From positions 53,108 to 117,107 of the forward strand of contig PLNR01000005.1 in NCBI GenBank assembly GCA_003141835.1: a stretch of 64,000 nucleotides of DNA. The letters are read 5' to 3'. Positions 29,149 to 38,365 of the stretch are shown here, piece by piece. The notes below the pieces were generated by a model that searched no databases, was not told where the DNA came from, and saw nothing but the letters and a program-made list of their open reading frames with translations. Positions within the stretch are counted from its first letter, which is position 1. Each line of letters begins with the position of its first letter. The stretch is from Candidatus Omnitrophota bacterium. Lineage in GTDB: Bacteria; Omnitrophota; Gorgyraeia; Pluralincolimonadales; Pluralincolimonadaceae. Both the position numbers and the translations under genes were made by a program.

Positions 29149-30279
29149 ATAGTAAACGGCAGCCTGGTATTACCCGGGAAGATCGAGCGAGGCAAAACAC
29201 TTTTCGTAAATAACGGAAAGATCTCGTCGGTCGGAAAAAGCCGCGTCAGGGGCTATGAGGTCCTGGATGCCAAAGGCCTTTTCGTCTCGCCGGGTTTCAT
29301 AGATATCCATGTCCACGGGCTTTTCGCGGACAGGGCCGCGGACATCGGGAGCTCGGGCCTGAAAGAGATGTGCCGGCGGCTGGCTGAACACGGGGTCACG
29401 GGTTTCCTCGCGACTACGGTTTCATTTCCGCCTTCGACGCTCTTGAAGATCGTAAGAGTAGTCAAAGACTTCATTGAAGACAATCCCGGCACGAACCTTT
29501 TGGGTGTCCATCTTGAGGGGCCGTTCGTTAACCCCCAAGCCAGCGGCGCCCAGAACCGTAAATACATACGTCCGTTCGTTCCTTCCGAGATGGAAGACGT
29601 CTTCTCTGAAGGAAGGGGGATCATAAAGGCCGTGACATTCGCGCCCGAGGTAGAGAACGGGATGCGCCTGTTGAAGGCGTTGACAGCCCGCGGCATCAAA
29701 CCGTTCATCGGCCACTCGGTCGCCGGATATAAGGAGGTTGAGGCCGCCGCAGGCAAAGGCGCGACGCATGTTACCCATCTTTTTAACGCTATGCCGGCCC
29801 TGCATCACCGCGGGCCCGGCCTCATAGGCGCTGCGCTTACTATCGGTAATATTACGGCGGATATCATAGCCGACGGCGTCCACGTCGATCCCGTCGCTGT
29901 AAAATTAGCGGTCGAGGCAAAGGGTCCCGGCAAGGTCATCCTGATATCCGACGGGATAGGCGACGGGGAAAAGGCCTTTAAACTAGGCGGCCTGAAGGTG
30001 CGCGTGAAGGGAAAAGAGGCGCGGCTCGAAAACGGCAAGTTGGCCGGAAGCGTCATCGGCCTCGACGAAGCGGTCGGGAACATTATGAGGTTTGCCGGCG
30101 TAAGCCTTCCCGAAGCGGTCGGTATGGCGAGCCTTAATCCGGCGCGCGTCCTGGGCATCGACGGCAGCAAGGGCTCGCTCGAGGCCGGTAAAGACGCCGA
30201 TATCGTGATATTCGACCATGACCTGAAGGTCAGGCACACTATCGTTCACGCTACCAAAATATTTTCCAATCTGGTATAA
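29149..30279 (+). CDS. nagA: N-acetylglucosamine-6-phosphate deacetylase (amidohydrolase); start codon uncertain
   Basis: Conserved N-terminus GKI..G..L...GKI..VG......VLDA.G.FVSPGFIDIHVHG is encoded in-frame upstream of the first ATG (29368). The frame is open from 29116 but has no ATG/GTG/TTG, so the start is set at an ATA codon as a placeholder. Confidence 0.75.
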   Translation: MVNGSLVLPGKIERGKTLFVNNGKISSVGKSRVRGYEVLDAKGLFVSPGFIDIHVHGLFADRAADIGSSGLKEMCRRLAEHGVTGFLATTVSFPPSTLLKIVRVVKDFIEDNPGTNLLGVHLEGPFVNPQASGAQNRKYIRPFVPSEMEDVFSEGRGIIKAVTFAPEVENGMRLLKALTARGIKPFIGHSVAGYKEVEAAAGKGATHVTHLFNAMPALHHRGPGLIGAALTIGNITADIIADGVHVDPVAVKLAVEAKGPGKVILISDGIGDGEKAFKLGGLKVRVKGKEARLENGKLAGSVIGLDEAVGNIMRFAGVSLPEAVGMASLNPARVLGIDGSKGSLEAGKDADIVIFDHDLKVRHTIVHATKIFSNLV

Positions 30280-30287
30280 TTGCTTCT

Positions 30288-31262
30288 ATGCCTTTCTTTA
30301 TAATCCTGATCGCGGTCTTCCTCGCGATGAACGTCGGCGCGAACAACGCCGCCGCCGAAATGGAGGCGGCCTACAGGACCGGCGTCCGCACTAAAAAGGA
30401 AGCGCTGATATTGATCGCCACCTTCGTCATCCTCGGGGCGATAATATCCGGCCTCCCCGTCCTGAAGACCCTGAGCGAAGGGATAGTCCCGATCCGGACC
30501 TTCAAAACCTATTTTTATATCGTCTTCGTCGTTATGGCGGTCTCAGCCGCTTATGATTTCATATCCAGCATCTTCAAGGTATCCATCCCCACCACCTACG
30601 CGATAGTTTCTTCGATCGCGGCGGCAGGCATATATTACGAGACCATGAACGTCGATAAGTACACGGACATCCTCGCCTGGTGGTTCCTTTCGCCTATCTG
30701 CGTCTTCGGCGCCGCGTTCGCCATCGGGAAACTGCTTAATTCCAGGGCCGTAACGGATTACCGTCACCTGAAGGAGGAGAAGAAGGGCAGGGCCGTGCTA
30801 GGCGCGCTCCTGACATTTTCCGGGTGCTATGTGGCTTTCGCCGGCGGCGCGAACGGGGTGGGTAAGGCAATGGCCCCGGTAGTCTCGGTGGGTTTCATAG
30901 ATACCAGGTGGGGAATACTGATAGCCGGCGTCGGGATCGCTGCCGGGGCCCTTATCTTCGGCAAGGCGGCGCTCGAGACCGACGAGAGGGAGATGGGCGA
31001 GATCGGTTTTGTCAGGGCTATAATCATCGAACTGATATGCGCCACGGCGCTTTTGGCCGCCTCGATAAACGGTATCCCGCTCTCGGTATCCGTAACAGTT
31101 ACCGCGAGCCTGACCGGGCTCGGATGCGCCGATATGGGGATAATGCCGAGTCTGAAGAAACATCATGCGGTAAGGAACCTCCTGATGTGGCTTATAGTGC
31201 CTTTCACGTCGGCTTGGCTCACCTATGCCCTTTTGCACCTGCTTAAATCGATATTGAAATGA
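30288..31262 (+). CDS. PiT-family (PHO4-like) inorganic phosphate/sulfate permease
   Basis: N-terminal AMNVGANNAAA matches the GANDVAN signature of the PiT family. About 9 TM helices with internal repeat. Confidence 0.6.
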   Translation: MPFFIILIAVFLAMNVGANNAAAEMEAAYRTGVRTKKEALILIATFVILGAIISGLPVLKTLSEGIVPIRTFKTYFYIVFVVMAVSAAYDFISSIFKVSIPTTYAIVSSIAAAGIYYETMNVDKYTDILAWWFLSPICVFGAAFAIGKLLNSRAVTDYRHLKEEKKGRAVLGALLTFSGCYVAFAGGANGVGKAMAPVVSVGFIDTRWGILIAGVGIAAGALIFGKAALETDEREMGEIGFVRAIIIELICATALLAASINGIPLSVSVTVTASLTGLGCADMGIMPSLKKHHAVRNLLMWLIVPFTSAWLTYALLHLLKSILK

Positions 31263-31657
31263 AATTATCCCTTAAAAAAACGCACATAGCCGAGATCATA
31301 GAACACGCGAAGCGTGATTTCCCGAACGAAGCGTGCGGCCTCCTGGCCGGAAAAGGCAGGAAGGTAAGCAAGGTCTACCGGATGTCGAATACCGAAAGGG
31401 GGGGGATGAGGTATTCGATGGCCCTCAAGGAACAATTCGACGCGGCCAGGGATATGCGTTCGCAAAATATGGAGATAGTCGGGATATACCATTCTCATCC
31501 CAACGTCCGGCCCTATCCCTCTTTCCGCGATATCCAGCGCGCGATGCATCCGGAATGTTCTTATGTCATCGTCTCGCTTATCAACGGCATGCCTGAGGTC
31601 CGTTCGTTCCGGATAATAAAAGGCATGGTGACGGAGGAGGAGATAGATGCCGGCTGA
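31259..31657 (+). CDS. JAMM/MPN+ (Mov34, Mec+-like) metalloisopeptidase
   Basis: Complete JAMM motif E(25)...HSHPNVRPYPSFRD (HxHx7SxxD). 132 aa, the size of CysO/MoaD-deconjugating Mec+/QbsD enzymes. Confidence 0.8.
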   Translation: MKLSLKKTHIAEIIEHAKRDFPNEACGLLAGKGRKVSKVYRMSNTERGGMRYSMALKEQFDAARDMRSQNMEIVGIYHSHPNVRPYPSFRDIQRAMHPECSYVIVSLINGMPEVRSFRIIKGMVTEEEIDAG

Positions 31658-32405
31658 TCTCACTTCCGCCCAGCGGGAGAGGTACAGGAAACATCTCATC
31701 TTTGATGCCATAGGCGAAAAGGGCCAGAGGAAACTTCTTTCTTCGAAGGCCCTGATAATAGGCGCAGGCGGCCTCGGTTCGCCAGCCGCTTTATATCTCG
31801 CCTCCTGCGGGGTGGGCACGATCGGCCTTGTCGACAGCGACGACCTCGAACTTTCCAACCTCCACAGGCAGGTATTATATTCCACTGGCGATATAGGAAA
31901 GCCCAAAGTCTTGCTGGCGGAGAAGAGGCTGAAAGAGATAAATCCCGACGTTAATATCAGGACCTATAAGGTCAGGATGGATGCGGATAACGCGAAAGGC
32001 CTGATCAAAGATTACGACGTGATACTCGACTGCGCCGATAACTTCGAGACCAAGTATCTCATCAATGACACGTGCGTCTCTTTGGATAAGGCCCTGGCGC
32101 ACGGAGGCATTTACGGTTTTGACGGGCAGGTGACTTTCATCCTGCCGGGCAAGGGCCCGTGTTACAGGTGCATCTTCCCGGAACTGCCGGGCCCGGGCGC
32201 GTTCCGCGATTGCCAGCAGGCAGGGATCCTCGGTTCAGTGCCGGCTGTGATCGGCGCGCTGCAGGCGAACGAGGCGTTGAAATACCTGCTCGGGATAGGG
32301 AAGAACCTCGTCGGGCGGCTGTTAAGGTACGACGCGCTTACCGGAGAGTTCAGGATATCGGAATATAAAAAGGACGTGAAATGCCCTGTTTGCGGCGGGA
32401 GATAA
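31647..32405 (+). CDS. ThiF/MoeB/HesA-family E1-like adenylyltransferase
   Basis: IIGAGGLGSPAALYLASCGVGTIGLVDSDDLELSNLHRQ nucleotide-binding signature. Cys clusters CYRC and CPVCGG (zinc site). No rhodanese domain. Overlaps the JAMM gene. Confidence 0.85.
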   Translation: MPADLTSAQRERYRKHLIFDAIGEKGQRKLLSSKALIIGAGGLGSPAALYLASCGVGTIGLVDSDDLELSNLHRQVLYSTGDIGKPKVLLAEKRLKEINPDVNIRTYKVRMDADNAKGLIKDYDVILDCADNFETKYLINDTCVSLDKALAHGGIYGFDGQVTFILPGKGPCYRCIFPELPGPGAFRDCQQAGILGSVPAVIGALQANEALKYLLGIGKNLVGRLLRYDALTGEFRISEYKKDVKCPVCGGR

Positions 32406-32411
32406 ACTGAT

Positions 32412-33332
32412 ATGACGGCCAGGTTTGAATTGTGGGCGGTATTCGGCGTCGCGATAACCGCTATGCTTTTCATCGACCTGTTCGTCGTGAACAGGAAGTC
32501 GCACGCGATCTCGGTCAAGGAGGCGCTGAAGTGGGTCGCCATCTGGGTCGGGGCAGCGCTGTTCTTTTGCGCGGGGATATTCTTCCTTATGGGGAAGGTA
32601 AAGGCCCTCGAATTCCTTACCGGTTATATCCTCGAAGAATCGCTGAGTGTCGACAACCTTTTCGTCTTTATCATGATATTCGAATATTTCCACGTTCCCC
32701 GGACTTTCCAGCCCCGCGTGCTCAAGTGGGGGATAATCGGCGCCATAGTGTTGAGGGCATTGTTCATCATAGCGGGGGTAGGGCTCTTCACGAAGTTCGG
32801 CTGGATAATATACGTTTTTGGCGCGTTCCTTATTTTTACCGCGGTCAAGCTTGTGTTGAGGAAAGAGGAAAAATTCGAACCCGAGAAGAACCCGTTATTG
32901 CGCTTGTTCAGGAGGTTCTTCAGGGTCTCCGCGGAATACCACGAGGACAGGTTTTTCGTATTGCACAGCGGCGCCTGGGCGGCGACCCCTCTTTTCATCG
33001 CGCTGCTCCTGATAGAGTCGAGTGATGTGATATTCGCGATGGACTCGATACCGGCGGTCCTCGCCGTCACCAGGGACCCGTTCATCGTATATACTTCCAA
33101 CATATTCGCGATACTCGGCTTGCGTTCGCTCTTCTTCGTGATATCCGGCATAATGCCGGTCTTCCGTTACCTGAAGCTGGGCATCTCGGCGATACTCTGT
33201 TTCGTGGGCGTCAAGATGCTCATCTCCCATTTCGTAGAGATAGATATCCGTATCTCACTGGCGGTCATATTCGGGTTATTGGCCGCGTCGATAGCCGCGT
33301 CACTCGTCTTTAAAGAAAAAGGAGAGAAATAG
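32412..33332 (+). CDS. TerC-family integral membrane protein
   Basis: About 8 TM helices with the paired DNLFVF/acidic motifs typical of the TerC/Alx family. Confidence 0.7.
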   Translation: MTARFELWAVFGVAITAMLFIDLFVVNRKSHAISVKEALKWVAIWVGAALFFCAGIFFLMGKVKALEFLTGYILEESLSVDNLFVFIMIFEYFHVPRTFQPRVLKWGIIGAIVLRALFIIAGVGLFTKFGWIIYVFGAFLIFTAVKLVLRKEEKFEPEKNPLLRLFRRFFRVSAEYHEDRFFVLHSGAWAATPLFIALLLIESSDVIFAMDSIPAVLAVTRDPFIVYTSNIFAILGLRSLFFVISGIMPVFRYLKLGISAILCFVGVKMLISHFVEIDIRISLAVIFGLLAASIAASLVFKEKGEK

Positions 33333-34370
33333 ATGCCCGAGCTCAGGGAGAACCTCGCCACTAAAAGATGGGTGGCGATCGCCACCGAGCGCGCGAAGAG
33401 GTCCGACGATTTCAATAAAGGCAAAGAATTGCCGGCGCCGCGTCCGGCATATGACGCGAAATGCCCGTTCTGCGAGGGGAACGAGACCCCGGACCAGACC
33501 GAGGAGTTCTCGATCCGTGACCCCGGGACCAGGCCCGGCGAAAAGGGATGGAAGATAAGAGCGATCCCCAATAAGTATCCTGTGCTTGTCCCCGCGCGTA
33601 AAGGCGCTTCAATCGAGGTGAAGAGGCACAAGGCCGGCATATACCTCCATATGGAAGGGATCGGAAAGCATGAAGTTATCGTCGAGAACCCGGCCCACAA
33701 CAAGACTATTGCGACGATGACGCTCGACGAGGTCGCGACCGTAATAAAGGCATACCACGAAAGATACCTTGCGCTCGACCGGGACCCGGCGTATAAGCAG
33801 GTCCTGATATTCCGCAACCAGGGCGCCGGCGCCGGCGCTTCACAGCTGCATCCGCACTCTCAGATAATAGCCACAGCTATCATCGCGCAGCATATGAGGT
33901 ATGCCTTGATAGAAGCGCAAAGATATTTCGACGAACTCGGAAAGTGCGTCTTCTGCGACATGATAAAATATGAGCTTGCGGAGAAAGAGCGGCTGGTGAT
34001 GCAAAATGATAAATTCGTCGCATTCGTCCCTTATGCGGCGCTGCTCCCTTATGAGACCTGGATATTGCCGCTCAAGCACTCGACCTCTTTCGCCAACCTG
34101 CTGCCCGAGGACACAGGGTCGCTCGCCCAGATACTGCGTGACATCCTTGCGAAATTATATTACGGCCTGAACAATCCCGATTACAATTACTGCATAAAGA
34201 GCGTCCCCCATTACTCGGCGTGCGAGCCTTATTACCACTGGCATATACAGATACTCCCGCGCCTTACGACGCCGGCGGGCTTTGAGATCGGTTCGGGTAT
34301 GGCCGTAAATGTCGCGCTCCCTGAGGAGTCGGCTAAATTCCTGCGCGAATTCAAGGTCGGGACGCCGTGA
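33333..34370 (+). CDS. GalT-like (HIT superfamily) hexose-1-phosphate nucleotidyltransferase
   Basis: CPFCEGNE zinc motif and HPHSQ active-site histidine motif of class I galactose-1-phosphate uridylyltransferases. Second CVFCD motif. Confidence 0.7.
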   Translation: MPELRENLATKRWVAIATERAKRSDDFNKGKELPAPRPAYDAKCPFCEGNETPDQTEEFSIRDPGTRPGEKGWKIRAIPNKYPVLVPARKGASIEVKRHKAGIYLHMEGIGKHEVIVENPAHNKTIATMTLDEVATVIKAYHERYLALDRDPAYKQVLIFRNQGAGAGASQLHPHSQIIATAIIAQHMRYALIEAQRYFDELGKCVFCDMIKYELAEKERLVMQNDKFVAFVPYAALLPYETWILPLKHSTSFANLLPEDTGSLAQILRDILAKLYYGLNNPDYNYCIKSVPHYSACEPYYHWHIQILPRLTTPAGFEIGSGMAVNVALPEESAKFLREFKVGTP

Positions 34371-35761
34371 GATCAGCCGCCGCGTTCGCATTATTTTGCC
34401 TGCTTTTCCTTCCTGCGGCCGAAGCCGCCCCCGGCAATACCGTTCCTCCTAAGCTCGAGGGGTGGTACCTGGTCTGGCACGACGAGTTCGACGGTGACAA
34501 GGTTGACCCGGCAAAGTGGAGGGTCGAAGATGCCGCTCTCGTGAAGAACAAGGAACTGGAATATTATTCCCCGGCGAACGTCTACGTTAGGGACGGGAAG
34601 CTTATCATAAAGAGCGAAAAGAAGGAACAGGGCGGGCGTCCGTACACCTCGGGCCTTGTAGAGACGAAAGGCAGGTATTCTTTTGAATACGGCCGGGTCG
34701 AGGTCCGCGCCAAGCTACCCGGCACAAAAGGCTTATGGCCGGCCCATTGGATGATGCCGGCGAAGGGCGGATGGCCGCCGGAGATAGATATAATGGAACT
34801 CGTGGGGAGCAAGCCCGATGCGATACACATGACGAACCACTACGGCGAATTCCCGCGTAATCGTTATGACTCAAAGGTCTTCAACGGCCCGGATTACACG
34901 AAAGATTTCCACGTCTTTGCGCTGGAATGGGATCCTGCGGGACTGCACTGGTATATAGACGGCGTCATGCATTTTTCCGTGTCGAGGAACGTCCCGCACG
35001 AACCATTCTATATAATACTCAATACCGCGGTAGGGGGTACGATGCCCCGTGACCCCGACGAAACGACGGTCTTTCCGCAACACCACGAGGTAGATTATGT
35101 GCGCGTCTACATGAAGGAGATACCCGGCACATACTTTCTCATGACATCTGCAGTAAACGGGAAGATAACGGTCGACCCCAGGCTTCCGAGGTATAACAAG
35201 GGCGATAAGGTAAGGGTGGCCGCCGTCCCCGCGATAGGCTATAAATTCGAAGGTTGGAACGGGGACGCAAACCTTGGCAGCAATAATCCCGGTACAGTAT
35301 TGATGAACAGGCACAAGACGATAACCGCGAATTTCGCACCTGATCCCAACGCGCCGAAACTCATTTCGCGCGGCAAGAAAACGGCTGCGTCGACCTCAGA
35401 GAGCCCCGAATTATCGGCAGGGAACGCCGTCGACGGGGATATGGGCACCCGCTGGTCGTCGGAGTTCTTTGACCCCCAGTGGATATATGTAGACCTCGGC
35501 AAGTCCTGCGCGATAGAGGCGGTCCGCCTCGAATGGGAGAATGCGTCCGCGAGGGCGTTCAAGCTCCAGGTCTCTGATGACGCCAGGAGCTGGAGGACAG
35601 TCTATTCGACCGATAACGGGGCAGGGGGGACCGAGGAGATCACCGGCCTGGACGTTACCGGCAGGTATGTGCGCATGTACGGCTCAGAGCGCAGGTCAAA
35701 GTACGGTTATTCTCTCTGGGAGTTCGAGGTCTTCGGCAAAGAGCCGCCTTCCGTTATGTAG
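34367..35761 (+). CDS. secreted family 16 glycoside hydrolase with C-terminal F5/8 type C (discoidin) domain
   Basis: GTG start and signal peptide. GH16 catalytic motif EIDIMELVG (E-x-D-x-x-E). C-terminal GNAVDGDMGTRWSSE...WIYVDLG discoidin signature. Confidence 0.8.
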   Translation: MRSAAAFALFCLLFLPAAEAAPGNTVPPKLEGWYLVWHDEFDGDKVDPAKWRVEDAALVKNKELEYYSPANVYVRDGKLIIKSEKKEQGGRPYTSGLVETKGRYSFEYGRVEVRAKLPGTKGLWPAHWMMPAKGGWPPEIDIMELVGSKPDAIHMTNHYGEFPRNRYDSKVFNGPDYTKDFHVFALEWDPAGLHWYIDGVMHFSVSRNVPHEPFYIILNTAVGGTMPRDPDETTVFPQHHEVDYVRVYMKEIPGTYFLMTSAVNGKITVDPRLPRYNKGDKVRVAAVPAIGYKFEGWNGDANLGSNNPGTVLMNRHKTITANFAPDPNAPKLISRGKKTAASTSESPELSAGNAVDGDMGTRWSSEFFDPQWIYVDLGKSCAIEAVRLEWENASARAFKLQVSDDARSWRTVYSTDNGAGGTEEITGLDVTGRYVRMYGSERRSKYGYSLWEFEVFGKEPPSVM

Positions 35762-35780
35762 GTCCCCGGTACATTTCCTC

Positions 35781-35808
35781 TTGACAAAACCCCGGATATC
35801 ATTATAAT
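35781..35808 (+). promoter_or_regulatory. consensus sigma70 promoter (TTGACA-16-TATAAT) for the TetR/efflux operon
   Basis: TTGACA at 35781-35786 and TATAAT at 35803-35808 with a 16-nt spacer. Confidence 0.6.
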
Positions 35809-35812
35809 CATC

Positions 35813-35838
35813 TTATTGAGTGAGCGCTCACTCAATAA
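35813..35838. promoter_or_regulatory. perfect 26-bp palindromic operator TTATTGAGTGAGCGCTCACTCAATAA
   Basis: Exact inverted repeat between the -10 element and the AAGGAG RBS/ATG of the TetR gene. Typical TetR-family autoregulatory operator placement. Confidence 0.6.
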
Positions 35839-35845
35839 GGAGACC

Positions 35846-36436
35846 ATGGCAAACGTGACCGCATTACATACCGATACAAGGCAGAAGATCATAAATGCCA
35901 CTTTGATCGTCGCCGCCAAGAACGGCTTCGACGGGGCGACGACCGGGGAGATATCGCGCACGGCCGGGGTCTCCGAAGGCATCATATACCATTATTTCAG
36001 GAGCAAGCAGGAGCTTTACGTAAACATGATAAAGGAGAGGGCCGATAACTACAGGCAGGCCCTCGATAAGGAGATCTCCGGGATAGGCAGCCCGAGAAAG
36101 AAACTCGAAAAGCTCATAGATTTCCATTTTGGGCATTTTACAGGCAAGAAGAGCATGTTCCGGGGCGTCCTCGACAGGACAAGCGATACCCCGGTGATAA
36201 AAGAGCAGTTGTTAAAGTTGGCCATGTCGCCCTACTGCCGGATGATCGCGGAGATAATCGGCAAGGGCATCAAAGCAGGTGAGTTCAGGGATGTAAACCC
36301 GCAGGCCGCGGCATTCGGCCTGCTCGGCATGATGCAGATCCCTGCGATCGCGATGCATTTCGGCCACGCCGAATTTTCCGCCCGGGACGCGGTGGATACC
36401 GTCAAAAAAATATACTTCGGAGGCATTCTAAAATGA
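35846..36436 (+). CDS. TetR-family transcriptional repressor
   Basis: HTH TGEISRTAGVSEGIIYHYFRSKQELY. ATG 35846 preceded by AAGGAG is preferred over the TTG at 35816 used by the ORF track. Confidence 0.85.
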   Translation: MANVTALHTDTRQKIINATLIVAAKNGFDGATTGEISRTAGVSEGIIYHYFRSKQELYVNMIKERADNYRQALDKEISGIGSPRKKLEKLIDFHFGHFTGKKSMFRGVLDRTSDTPVIKEQLLKLAMSPYCRMIAEIIGKGIKAGEFRDVNPQAAAFGLLGMMQIPAIAMHFGHAEFSARDAVDTVKKIYFGGILK

Positions 36437-37347
36437 AGAAACATTTAAAGAGATCCGTTATCCTGCTTGTGGTCGTCGCCATTTTAGCCGCAGCCTTATT
36501 TTATATAATGCCGCGCAAAGCGCCGAAAGGCATATTCCAGACTACCGGGATCATAGAAGCGACAGAAGTGAACCTTGCCCCGAAGATCTCCGAGCGGATT
36601 AAAGAGATCAGGCTCCACGAGGGGGATTACGTAAAGGAAGGCGAGGTCGTGGTGGTCCTTGATGACAGGAAGGAAAAAGCGCAGTACGAACAGGCCCAGG
36701 CCGACCTCGAGGTCGCGAAAGCGAACGTCCTGACCTCTGACGCTAATATAGAGAAGGCGAAGGTCAAGATCGAAGATACAAAGCGCGACCTCGGCAGGTA
36801 TTCGCGGCTTCTGGAAAAAAAATTGGCCGCTCAGAACGATGTCGACAAGGCGAAGACGGCTTACGATACGGCGGTCGCCGAGTTGAACGGGTCTGTTGCC
36901 CAGAAGACCCTATCCGAAGCGACCGTTAAACAGTCTGAAGCCGCTTTAACGGTCGCCAAAACAAATCTCGACGATACGGTAATTTATTCCAGTTTATCCG
37001 GGATGGTGGTCTTGCGGGCGTTCGAGCCCGGGGAGATGTCCTCGAACGGCACGACCATCCTGACTATTGTTGACTTGTCGGACATATGGGTGCGCGTAGA
37101 CGTGGAGGAGACGGTGGTCTCGAAGATAAAACTCGGCGATATCACGCAGGTCAGGGTAGATTCCCTTAAAGGCAGCGAATTCAAAGGCCGCGTCACCGAG
37201 ATAAACAGTGAGGGCGAGTTCGCGACCCAGCGAGACGTGAAGAGGGGCAGGCAGGATATCAAAACATTCAGGGTGAAGGTAAAGATAGACGAGCCGAAAG
37301 GGCTGTTTAAGCAGGGTATGACTGCCACAGCCGTATTCGGGGAATAA
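36433..37347 (+). CDS. HlyD-family periplasmic adaptor (membrane fusion protein)
   Basis: N-terminal TM anchor, long coiled-coil, beta-barrel/lipoyl-like segments (IIEATEVNLAPKISERIKEI...). Operon with the ABC and TolC genes. Confidence 0.8.
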   Translation: MKKHLKRSVILLVVVAILAAALFYIMPRKAPKGIFQTTGIIEATEVNLAPKISERIKEIRLHEGDYVKEGEVVVVLDDRKEKAQYEQAQADLEVAKANVLTSDANIEKAKVKIEDTKRDLGRYSRLLEKKLAAQNDVDKAKTAYDTAVAELNGSVAQKTLSEATVKQSEAALTVAKTNLDDTVIYSSLSGMVVLRAFEPGEMSSNGTTILTIVDLSDIWVRVDVEETVVSKIKLGDITQVRVDSLKGSEFKGRVTEINSEGEFATQRDVKRGRQDIKTFRVKVKIDEPKGLFKQGMTATAVFGE

Positions 37348-37354
37348 GGATGCG

Positions 37355-38365
37355 ATGGCATACGCGGCGGAAGTGAAAAATATAGTAAAAAAATTCTCGT
37401 CGGTCACGGCGGTCAACGATGTCAGCTTCTCGGTCAACGAGGGCGAGATATTCGGATTCCTGGGCCCAAACGGGGCGGGCAAGACGACATTGATAAGGAT
37501 ACTCACCTGCCTGATGAAACCGACATCCGGCCAGGCGAGCATAAGGGGCATCGACGTCGTCAAGCACCCGTCGCTTGTCAGGCGCAATATCGGCGTCGTC
37601 TCGCAGGCGCTTACCAGCGACCTCGACCTGACGGCTTATGAGAACCTGAATATCTACGGGAAATATTTCGATGTGCCGAAGAAAGAGCGCAAGCAGAGCA
37701 TAGATTACCTTCTCGGCAAGGTCGACCTGAAGGACAGGGCGAAGGACCTCGTCGCGACATACTCGGGCGGCATGAGGCGGCGCCTCGAGATAGCGCGCGG
37801 GCTCATACATAAGCCGTATATCCTGTTCCTCGACGAGCCGACGATCGGGCTAGACCCGCAGTCGCGCCGCGTGATATGGGAACTCCTGCAGAAGATACGC
37901 AAGGAGACGGGGCTTACGATATTCATCACGACCCATTACATGGACGAGGCCGATGTCCTCTGCGACAGGATAGGGATAATCGATTACGGCAAGATCGTGG
38001 CGCTCGACTCGCCGGCCAACTTAAAAAGGACCATCGGAGGTTTCGATATCATCGAGGTCACGCTCGGCAATTTCGGGACGGAAGCCATGGAAAAGCTCAA
38101 GGCGATGCCGTTTGTAAAGAGCGTAACCGAAAAGGATGAGAGTTTGCGGATATACGTCGAAGACGCCGCAAAGTCCATGCCTGTGCTCTTCGAAGAATTC
38201 AAGAAGACGGGTGTCATCATAGAGTACCTCGCGATACACGAGCAGACGCTCGAGGACGTTTTTATACATTATACGGGGAAAACAATAAGGGAAGCGGAAA
38301 CCCAAAAGGTGAACTTCTTTATAGGGGCCGGGGCCCCGAGGAAAATGCCGGGAGCCAGGATATGA
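37355..38365 (+). CDS. ABC transporter ATP-binding protein
   Basis: Walker A GPNGAGKTT, signature YSGGMRRR, Walker B ILFLDEPTIGLD. Confidence 0.9.
   Translation: MAYAAEVKNIVKKFSSVTAVNDVSFSVNEGEIFGFLGPNGAGKTTLIRILTCLMKPTSGQASIRGIDVVKHPSLVRRNIGVVSQALTSDLDLTAYENLNIYGKYFDVPKKERKQSIDYLLGKVDLKDRAKDLVATYSGGMRRRLEIARGLIHKPYILFLDEPTIGLDPQSRRVIWELLQKIRKETGLTIFITTHYMDEADVLCDRIGIIDYGKIVALDSPANLKRTIGGFDIIEVTLGNFGTEAMEKLKAMPFVKSVTEKDESLRIYVEDAAKSMPVLFEEFKKTGVIIEYLAIHEQTLEDVFIHYTGKTIREAETQKVNFFIGAGAPRKMPGARI

Noticed and set aside
31259-32405. Search for a ubiquitin-like (ThiS/MoaD/CysO) ORF overlapping or adjacent to the JAMM/E1 pair
   Set aside because: The small alternative-frame ORFs here (for example 31333-31596) lack a beta-grasp-like sequence or a C-terminal GG and are embedded in other reading frames. 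No credible Ubl gene is in the window.
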